A DNA stretch of 64,000 nucleotides from Clostridiales bacterium. GTDB lineage: Bacteria > Bacillota > Clostridia > Oscillospirales > CAG-272. The DNA lies in contig DURE01000050.1 in the NCBI GenBank assembly GCA_012837425.1, forward strand, positions 9,278-73,277. The letters run 5' to 3'. Each line of letters begins with the position of its first letter. Position 1 is the first letter of the stretch. The notes under the pieces are model-generated. The model saw only the letters and a program-made list of their open reading frames with translations. It searched no databases and was not told the DNA's origin. This document shows, piece after piece, positions 57,202-64,000 of the stretch. The translations under genes and the position numbers were made by a program.

Positions 57202-59835
57202 TTGGAGTATCATTTTAAGACCAAAGAAGCCGTGCTCAGGGAGACAGGCAGCTTTGAGGAGGGCCTGCCTTCGGCCGAGGCCGAAGTGCGGCTTGCACAA
57301 AACGGCAAAAACCGGATTGAAGAGGGCAAAAGAACGACAGTATTGAGAAGAATACTGTCGCAGATAACCGACCCGATGGTGCTGGTGCTGATAGTCGCGG
57401 CCGTGGTGTCGGGTATTACCTCGATATTGTCCTCAGAAGGCGAGCTTGCCGATGTTTTTATTATTCTCTTTGTCGTGGTGCTGAATACTACGCTCGGGGT
57501 GATTCAGGAAAGCAAGGCCGAGGCCGCTATCGACGCCCTAAAAGAGATGACCGCGGCGACCTCAAGGGTGCTGCGTGACGGCCGGGTTGTTCAGATAAAG
57601 AGCGAAGATTTGGTGGTCGGCGATATTGTGCTGCTTGAGGCGGGCGACGCAATCCCGGCCGACGGGCGGCTTACTGAGTGCGTGAGCCTTAAGGTCGAGG
57701 AGGCGGCGCTGACCGGCGAGTCTCTGCCGGTCGAGAAGACCGACGCGCCGCTTGACCCGTCACAGGGCGACCTATCAACCGGCGACCGCATAAATATGGT
57801 CTATATGGGCAGCGTTGCGGTTTACGGGCGGGGCAGGATGGTGGTGACATCCACCGGAATGAACACCGAGATGGGCAAAATCGCAAGCGCCATAACAGAC
57901 GCGGTCGAGCAGAAGACGCCGCTGCAGCAAAAGCTGGCACAGCTGAGCAGAACCCTGACCCTTCTGGTGCTCGGTATATGTGCGCTTATGTTCGGTGTGA
58001 GCGTCGTCCGGCACGGGATTGCGCTCGATTCGATTCTCAACTCCTTCATGCTGGCGGTAAGTCTGGCGGTGGCCGCCATCCCCGAGGGACTGGCGGCGGT
58101 GGTCACTATCGTGCTCTCAATCGGTGTGACCAGAATGTCAAAGCGCCGTGCCATAATAAGAAAGCTCACCGCGGTAGAGACCCTGGGCTGTACCGGGATA
58201 ATCTGCTCCGACAAGACCGGCACGCTGACCCAGAACAAGATGACGGTGGTCGAGCATTTTGGCGGGGACGAGGTCTTCCTGGCAACTTCGTTTGCCCTCT
58301 GCTCCGACGCCAAGCTGGACGAGGGCAACCGAGCCGCCGGCGACCCGACACAGGCGGCGGTGGTCGATTACGCATACAGACAAGGGCTTCCGAAATACGA
58401 GCTTGACAAAAAGTATCCGCGGATAGCCGAGATTCCCTTCGATTCGGGCAGAAAGCTGATGACAACGCTTCACAAAAAGCCCGAGGGCGGATATATACAG
58501 CACACAACCGGCGCGCCCGATGTCCTAATAAACAAGTGTGACAGGTACTTTGAGGACGGCCGAGTTCATGAGATGACCGAGGAGCGGCGAAATTACTTTT
58601 TTGCCGAGAACCAAAGGCTGGCCGGCCAGGCCCTGCGCGTGCTTGCGGCAGGCTACCGTGAGTATGACGAGGCGCCCGGGGAACTGTCTGTTGAAAACGA
58701 GGCCGGGCTGGTTTTTCTCGGCCTTGTCGGCATGATGGACCCGGTGCGCAAGGAAGTTCCGGCGGCTATTGAGCGCTGCCGCAGCGCCGGCATACGGCCT
58801 ATAATGATTACCGGCGACCACCGCGATACCGCCGTGGCGATTGCGCTGCAGCTCGGCATCATAGACGACCCCTCACAGGCTATTGAAGGGGCCATGCTTG
58901 ACAAGATAAGCGACGAGGATTTTCTGCGCGATGTCGATTTGTACGGCGTATACGCCCGGGTAAAGCCCGAACATAAGACCAGGATTGTAAATGCATGGCG
59001 GGCCCGCGGGATGGTCACCGCCATGACCGGAGACGGGGTGAACGACGCCCCCTCAATTAAAAATGCCGATATAGGTGTTGGCATGGGCATTACCGGAACC
59101 GACGTCACTAAAAACGTCGCCGACATGATACTGGCCGATGACAATTTTGCCACCATTGTCTCGGCGGTGGAGGAGGGCCGGCGGATATACGACAACATCC
59201 GCAAATCAATTCAGTTCCTGCTCTCAACCAACCTCTCCGAGGTAATCAGCATATTTGTGGCGACAATTCTCGGGTTCACAATTTTAAAGCCGGCACATAT
59301 CCTCTTTGTCAACCTGATTACCGACTCTCTGCCGGCTCTCTCGCTCGGCATGGAAAAAGCCGAAGCCGACATAATGCATCGCAAGCCGCGCGACCCCAAA
59401 GAGGGAATTTTCTCGGGCGGCGTTGGGCTGAACGTGTTGTATCAGGGGGTCATGTCCTCAATGCTGACACTTGCCGCCTTTCTTATCGGCTCAGGGCTGG
59501 AGCATGGGACATGGAGCCTTAATAACAGCGCCGACGGGATGACAATGGCCTTTCTGACCCTGTCAATGTCGCAGATTTTCCACTCCTGGAACATGCGCTC
59601 TCAGTACGGCTCGATTTTCAGGATAAAAAACCAGAATTACTACCTGCTCGGCTCAATGCTCATCTCGCTTGTGCTTTCGGCGGCGGTTATATATATACCA
59701 TTCCTCAGGGATGCCTTCGGGTTCTCACATATCGGCCTTGGCAGGTATTTTATCGCAATGGCACTGGCGGTTATGGTTATTCCTATAGTTGAGGTTGTAA
59801 AGGTTGTCCAGCGCAGAAAAAAAGCAGGCTCATAA
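57202..59835 (+). CDS. P-type cation-transporting ATPase (P2A, Ca2+-ATPase-like by sequence). The Mn riboswitch suggests Mn2+ efflux.
   Basis: TTG start at 57202, 6 nt after GGAGAGG. Motifs TGES, CSDKTGTLT, TGDGVNDAPS and KNADIGVGMG. About 10 TM segments. Confidence 0.92.
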   Translation: MEYHFKTKEAVLRETGSFEEGLPSAEAEVRLAQNGKNRIEEGKRTTVLRRILSQITDPMVLVLIVAAVVSGITSILSSEGELADVFIILFVVVLNTTLGVIQESKAEAAIDALKEMTAATSRVLRDGRVVQIKSEDLVVGDIVLLEAGDAIPADGRLTECVSLKVEEAALTGESLPVEKTDAPLDPSQGDLSTGDRINMVYMGSVAVYGRGRMVVTSTGMNTEMGKIASAITDAVEQKTPLQQKLAQLSRTLTLLVLGICALMFGVSVVRHGIALDSILNSFMLAVSLAVAAIPEGLAAVVTIVLSIGVTRMSKRRAIIRKLTAVETLGCTGIICSDKTGTLTQNKMTVVEHFGGDEVFLATSFALCSDAKLDEGNRAAGDPTQAAVVDYAYRQGLPKYELDKKYPRIAEIPFDSGRKLMTTLHKKPEGGYIQHTTGAPDVLINKCDRYFEDGRVHEMTEERRNYFFAENQRLAGQALRVLAAGYREYDEAPGELSVENEAGLVFLGLVGMMDPVRKEVPAAIERCRSAGIRPIMITGDHRDTAVAIALQLGIIDDPSQAIEGAMLDKISDEDFLRDVDLYGVYARVKPEHKTRIVNAWRARGMVTAMTGDGVNDAPSIKNADIGVGMGITGTDVTKNVADMILADDNFATIVSAVEEGRRIYDNIRKSIQFLLSTNLSEVISIFVATILGFTILKPAHILFVNLITDSLPALSLGMEKAEADIMHRKPRDPKEGIFSGGVGLNVLYQGVMSSMLTLAAFLIGSGLEHGTWSLNNSADGMTMAFLTLSMSQIFHSWNMRSQYGSIFRIKNQNYYLLGSMLISLVLSAAVIYIPFLRDAFGFSHIGLGRYFIAMALAVMVIPIVEVVKVVQRRKKAGS

Positions 59836-59993
59836 GGAGAACCGGCTGCCGGCATTTTCCGACATAGCGGGAAATGCCGGCACCTGTCATACTTGACTTT
59901 CATAAAATGTTAATGTATAATTGTAACATTCCGGGGTGCCCATAAGGGCGACGGCGCAGAAACCCTTCATTCTTAATTATAAGGAAGAACCAT

Positions 59994-60668
59994 ATGACGG
60001 CTTTGGGTGAGTTTATAAGGAGTATCAAGGCGCGCGACCCGGCCGCAAAAAACGCGGCCCAGGTGCTGCTGCTCTATTCGGGCGTACACGCCCTCGTATT
60101 CTACAGGATAGCGCATTTCTTTTATAAAATACATTGGTATTTCATCGCCCGGTGGATTTCTCAGCTCGGCCGATTTTTTACCGGCATTGAGATACACCCC
60201 GGCGCAAAGATAGGGAAGTGTCTTTTTATCGACCACGGCATGGGGGTAATTATCGGCGAGACTACCGAGATAGGCAATTACTGCACCATCTACCAGGGCG
60301 TGACGCTCGGGGGAACCGGAAAGGACACCGGCAAGCGGCACCCGACGCTCGGGAACAACGTGATGGTCGGCGCGGGGGCCAAAATCCTCGGGCCGTTCAA
60401 GGTTGGGGACAACGCCAAAATTGCCGCGGGCGCCGTGGTGCTCTCGGAGGTGCCCCCTAATACCACCGCGGTGGGCATTCCGGCGCGGATTGTCAACAAA
60501 AAGGCGGTGGCCGAGAGATGCGCCGACCTTGACCATGTGCATATTCCCGACCCGGTGTCGCAGGAATTATGCAAGCTCTACAACAGAATAGCCGCGCTTG
60601 AGCAAAAGGTTGCGGCATTGGAGGGCGGGGAGGATGCCGGCGGTGCTCCCGATACCAAGGTTCAGTAG
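59994..60668 (+). CDS. cysE: Serine O-acetyltransferase
   Basis: Sequence ..IKARDPAAKN...IHPGAKIGKCLFIDHGMGVIIGETTEIGNYCTIYQGVTLGGTG, with hexapeptide repeats. Confidence 0.93.
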   Translation: MTALGEFIRSIKARDPAAKNAAQVLLLYSGVHALVFYRIAHFFYKIHWYFIARWISQLGRFFTGIEIHPGAKIGKCLFIDHGMGVIIGETTEIGNYCTIYQGVTLGGTGKDTGKRHPTLGNNVMVGAGAKILGPFKVGDNAKIAAGAVVLSEVPPNTTAVGIPARIVNKKAVAERCADLDHVHIPDPVSQELCKLYNRIAALEQKVAALEGGEDAGGAPDTKVQ

Positions 60669-60682
60669 CTATTCGGGCACCT

Positions 60683-60791
60683 GCGGGGCGCTGCCCCGCG
60701 CCCCGCTTTTCTTCATGGGGGCTCCGCCCCTATGCCCCCGCTTAAGGAACTTTTTTGAAAAAAAGTCCCTTAAGAATCCTCAAAAAACTTC
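60683..60791 (+). repeat. Composite hairpin repeat, copy R9 (the most complete copy)
   Basis: Sequence gcggggcgctgccccgcgccccgcttttcttcatgggggctccgcccctatgcccccgcttaaggaacttttttgaaaaaaagtcccttaagaatcctcaaaaaacttc. It has a GC hairpin (GCGGGGC..GCCCCGC followed by TTTTCTT) and an AT hairpin (AAGGAACTTTTTT / AAAAAAGTCCCTT). Confidence 0.85.
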
Positions 60792-60925
60792 AAAAAATAA
60801 AGTTGTTTCCGGGATGACGGGGAATTCGCGGCAATACTTTGCGCAGCGAAGAATTCCACTGCTAAAATCTCTCGTTTGGTTCAGGTAACAGAATAAATTG
60901 AGGCTTTTCCTCAAAAACCGGCAAC

Positions 60926-60955
60926 GGGCGGACGCTATGCGTCCGCCCGCATTTT
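60926..60955. terminator. Terminator hairpin between the convergent cysE and Cys-rich protein genes
   Basis: GGGCGGACGC-tat-GCGTCCGCCC followed by GCATTTTG. On the opposite strand it is followed, after 8 nt, by TTTTTG. Confidence 0.6.
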
Positions 60956-61093
60956 GTTGGGGTCAAAATAGTGAAAACACCCTGAAGATAAATGAAACAA
61001 CAGCTCTGTAAGGGTTCATGCGCCGGCGCCCCTGCGGCGGGCTCAACCGCCCCGTCCGGGGCGGTGCACCGCTCGGCGGCCAGGCAAGCCCCC

Positions 61094-61441
61094 TTATTTT
61101 TTTTCGTCCTCGGCTCTTTGGGGCTCTTCCTCGCAGCCGAGGGGAAAGCAAAAGATATTGCTGCAGCCGGTTATGGCCTTCACACCTATCTTGTAAGGTA
61201 TCTTTATCTTGATGCGCTGGGTTATCACCACTCTGCAGGAGCTCCCGCAGGGCTCGCACTCGCAGGTGACGCAGGGCTCCCCGAAACAGTCGACGTCAAC
61301 TTCGCCGACAAAGGTTTTGGGGAGAATCTCAATAGGCAGGCTTACCTTCGCCACCTCAAAGCCGGTGTTGCAGCACTTGTCGGGCGGGCAGGGGGGCGGA
61401 GGCGGGGGAGGGGGCGGGAATTTATTGCTCAGAATATCCAT
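61094..61441 (-). CDS. Small cysteine-rich protein with a polyproline tract (12 Cys and a run of 9 Pro in 115 aa), function unknown
   Basis: Product MDILSNKFPPPPPPPPPCPPDKCCNTGFEVAKVSLPIEILPKTFVGEVDVDCFGEPCVTCECEPCGSSCRVVITQRIKIKIPYKIGVKAITGCSNIFCFPLGCEEEPQRAEDEKK. The overlapping plus-strand ORFs look like high-GC artefacts. No Shine-Dalgarno sequence precedes the ATG. Confidence 0.55.
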   Translation of the reverse strand: MDILSNKFPPPPPPPPPCPPDKCCNTGFEVAKVSLPIEILPKTFVGEVDVDCFGEPCVTCECEPCGSSCRVVITQRIKIKIPYKIGVKAITGCSNIFCFPLGCEEEPQRAEDEKK

Positions 61442-61875
61442 TGCTATAATATTTTATGCGGCCTCAGCTTCTCTCTGTATTTTAGCCGCCGACCGGCAAA
61501 ATCCGCGGCAACGGCAGGACATGAGCGCCGCCGGCCGGTTTGCGGCATGCGCGGGTCTTCTCTCCGGAGAATAAGGCGGTTTACATCAATGGGAGACTTT
61601 TGGTAAACCTGAAAACGGAGGGGGCGCCCATGACCTGCGGTTCACACGCGAGAAAAACTGAAAGGGCATAAATCCTCCTTTCGGTATTTCTGTTTTCAGT
61701 ATATGCCAGGGGTACGGAAAATGTCAAATAAAGTCGGAAAAACAGAGCAGATTATAGGCGCGGTATGCTGAAAATGAAATTGCCATATTTACAGGAAAAC
61801 GGTATTATGATATACTAAAGACCGGAATACCGGTATATCATAACCTGCAAAATTCAAGGAAAAAGGAGCAAAGCT

Positions 61876-63687
61876 ATGGCGGGAAGACTTGTCGGTGACT
61901 GGCCCAAAATAGGAATCAGACCGGTGATAGACGCCCGGTGCGGGGTACTCGGTGTGCGCGAGTCGCTTGAGGAGCAGACCATGAAAATGGCCGCGTCAGC
62001 GGCAAAGCTGTTCCGGGAAAACCTTAAATATGCCGACGGCAAGCCGGTAGAGGTAGTTTTAGCGAACTCTACTATCGGTAGGGTTCCCGAAGCGGCAGCC
62101 TGCGAGGAAAAATTCAGGAAGGCCGGGGTGGAAATTACACTGACGGTTACGCCCTGCTGGTGCTACGGCGCCGAAACAATGGACACCGACCCCATGACTA
62201 TTAAGGGCGTCTGGGGATTTAACGGAACCGAGCGCCCGGGCGCTGTGTATCTTGCGAGCGTGCTCGCCACTCACGCTCAGAAGGGGCTCCCGGCCTTCGG
62301 CATTTACGGCCGGGACGTGCAGGACGCTGACGACACAAGGATTTCCAACGATGTGCGAGAAAAGCTGCTGCGCTTCGGCCGCGCGGCTCTCGCCGCCGCC
62401 TCAATGCGGGGGAAATCCTACCTTCAGATAGGTTCGGTCTGCATGGGTATCGGCGGCTCTATTATTGACCATGACTTTCTTGAGGATTATCTCGGCATGC
62501 GCGTCGAGTCTGTCGATGAAGTCGAAGTCCTCCGCAGGATAAACGAAGGCATTTACGACCATGAAGAGTACGGGCGGGCGCTTGCCTGGACAAAAAAATA
62601 CTGCCGGGAGGGCTTTGACAAGAACCCCGAAGCGCTCCGCCGGTCGCGCGAGCGCAAGGACGCCGACTGGGAGTTTGTTGTGAAAATGGCTCTGATAATA
62701 AAGGACCTGATGTGCGGCAATAAAAATCTTCCAGCCGGCTACAAGGAGGAGATGCTGGGGCACAACGCTGCTGCCGCCGGCTTTCAGGGGCAGCGGCAAT
62801 GGACCGATTTCTACCCTAACTGCGACTTCCCCGAGGCAATCCTCAACACCTCTTTTGACTGGAACGGCATACGGGAGCCCTACATACTGACGACCGAGAA
62901 CGATGTGCTCAACGGCATAGGGATGCTTTTTATGAAGCTCCTCACCCGCCGGGCGCAGCTTTTTGCCGACGTCCGCACATACTGGTCTGCCGGGGCGGTA
63001 AAGCGAGTGACAGGCTACACAATAGAAGGACATGCAAAGGACGCCGGCGGCTTTATTCACCTGATAAACTCGGGTGCCGCCTGCCTTGACGCCACCGGCG
63101 AGGCAAAGGACTCCGAAGGCAGGGGGACAATCAAGCCATGGAATGAAGTGACCGGGGAGGACAGGCGGGCGATACTTGACGCGGTTACCTGGAATTACGC
63201 CGACCTTGGCTACTTCCGCGGCGGCGGCTATTCCTCCCGCTTTGTCACCCGCGCCGAGATGCCGGTGACCATGATCAGGCTCAACCTGATAAAGGGCCTC
63301 GGACCGGTGCTCCAGATTGCCGAGGGCTGGACGGTTGTGCTGCCCGAGGATGTGAACGATATACTCTGGAAAAGGACCGACTACACCTGGCCCTGCACCT
63401 GGTTTGCCCCGCGCTGCGAGGGGCGTGAGGGCAGCCCCTTTGCCACGGCCTATGATGTTATGAACAACTGGGGCGCCAACCACGCGGCGGTAAGCTACGG
63501 GCACATCGGCGCCGATTTGATTACCCTGGCCTCGATACTCCGGATTCCGGTCTGTATGCACAATGTCCCCGAAAATAAAATCTTCCGCCCGGCGGCCTGG
63601 GGCGCTTTCGGCATGGATAAAGAGGGTGCCGATTACCGCGCCTGCGCCAATTTCGGGCCGAGATACAAAAAAGTTTACAGACATTAG
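61876..63687 (+). CDS. fucI: L-fucose isomerase
   Basis: Colinear with the E. coli FucI sequence as I recall it: [12 protein letters not shown]..[71 protein letters not shown]. Confidence 0.96.
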   Translation: MAGRLVGDWPKIGIRPVIDARCGVLGVRESLEEQTMKMAASAAKLFRENLKYADGKPVEVVLANSTIGRVPEAAACEEKFRKAGVEITLTVTPCWCYGAETMDTDPMTIKGVWGFNGTERPGAVYLASVLATHAQKGLPAFGIYGRDVQDADDTRISNDVREKLLRFGRAALAAASMRGKSYLQIGSVCMGIGGSIIDHDFLEDYLGMRVESVDEVEVLRRINEGIYDHEEYGRALAWTKKYCREGFDKNPEALRRSRERKDADWEFVVKMALIIKDLMCGNKNLPAGYKEEMLGHNAAAAGFQGQRQWTDFYPNCDFPEAILNTSFDWNGIREPYILTTENDVLNGIGMLFMKLLTRRAQLFADVRTYWSAGAVKRVTGYTIEGHAKDAGGFIHLINSGAACLDATGEAKDSEGRGTIKPWNEVTGEDRRAILDAVTWNYADLGYFRGGGYSSRFVTRAEMPVTMIRLNLIKGLGPVLQIAEGWTVVLPEDVNDILWKRTDYTWPCTWFAPRCEGREGSPFATAYDVMNNWGANHAAVSYGHIGADLITLASILRIPVCMHNVPENKIFRPAAWGAFGMDKEGADYRACANFGPRYKKVYRH

Positions 63688-63782
63688 TGCAGCAAGTCGT
63701 GGGGAATTCAAGGACGCGGGGCGCGTGGACGCCCGAGCGCGGGACATACCTGAAGTTTGGCTAAAAAGGAGCAAAAAGAAAC

Positions 63783-64000
63783 ATGAAGGCGGTAACACGC
63801 TGGGACTACAGGCCATTTGTCAGGTTCGACGAGCCCGAGAGGGCGCTTTGGCCGTATATCTGCAGGGTTGCGCCCGAGTGCGGCGGGTTTGCATTTGAAT
63901 GGTTCGACAAGGGCGCGCCCGGCACGGGTCACCTGCTGCGCTATCGAAGACGGGGAGCCGTCGAGTGGGAGGTCGAGCAGCAAATATCCGACCCGGTGAT
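63783..64000 (+). CDS. Hypothetical protein, N-terminal part only (runs off the right edge)
   Basis: Not in the ORF track because there is no stop codon in the window. The ATG at 63783 lies 11 nt after AAGGAG. Product MKAVTRWDYRPFVRFDEPERALWPYICRVAPECGGFAFEWFDKGAPGTGHLLRYRRRGAVEWEVEQQISDPV... Confidence 0.45.
   Translation, partial: MKAVTRWDYRPFVRFDEPERALWPYICRVAPECGGFAFEWFDKGAPGTGHLLRYRRRGAVEWEVEQQISDPV

Noticed and set aside
59848-59880. The hairpin GCCGGCATTT...AAATGCCGGC after the P-type ATPase gene as an intrinsic terminator, and a possible T-box leader upstream of cysE.
   Set aside because: No T-run follows the hairpin. The 158-nt interval upstream of cysE is too short for a T-box and lacks its conserved sequence.

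Overview
This looks like a 64 kb chromosomal segment from a high-GC, spore-forming Firmicute (Clostridia-like); the taxon is my inference from gene content and synteny, with no search run. About two thirds is well-conserved housekeeping sequence. It includes tilS-hpt-ftsH, gdpP-rplI-dnaB, rimP-nusA-ylxR-ylxQ-infB, and a long minus-strand block matching the Bacillus subtilis yloC...spoVM region (yicC, remA, rpoZ, priA, def, fmt, rsmB, rlmN, rsgA, thiN, spoVM). Further housekeeping genes are efp, comM, prmC, ddl, citrate synthase, cysE and fucI. Between these lie lower-GC accessory patches:
- a left-edge beta-helix surface protein
- two AraC regulators
- three paralogous roughly 500-aa solute-binding lipoproteins with no permease genes nearby, one of them broken by an in-frame TAG
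- an operon of FAD-oxidoreductase, TIM-barrel and binding-protein genes, next to a 757-aa surface protein with two discoidin-like modules
- an internally deleted IS30-family element
- a partial duplication of a thioredoxin gene flanking an AT-rich insert

I called several features by eye that the ORF track does not show:
- a probable yybP-ykoY (Mn2+) riboswitch with an overlapping terminator, upstream of a P-type ATPase
- a 28-codon spoVM-like ORF
- edge-truncated ORFs at both ends of the window
- a dispersed composite hairpin repeat family (at least 9 copies), almost always at gene 3' ends
- several sigma-A-type promoters and intrinsic terminators

I do not see an obvious multi-gene defence or secretion system. 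The best candidates for something undescribed are:
- the repeat family
- the oxidoreductase/TIM-barrel/orphan-binding-protein/lectin-like locus
- a PASTA protein with no kinase domain, sitting where prkC normally lies
- a 115-aa protein with 12 cysteines and 9 consecutive prolines, with no Shine-Dalgarno sequence

All start codons and boundaries were refined by hand and may be off by a few codons.
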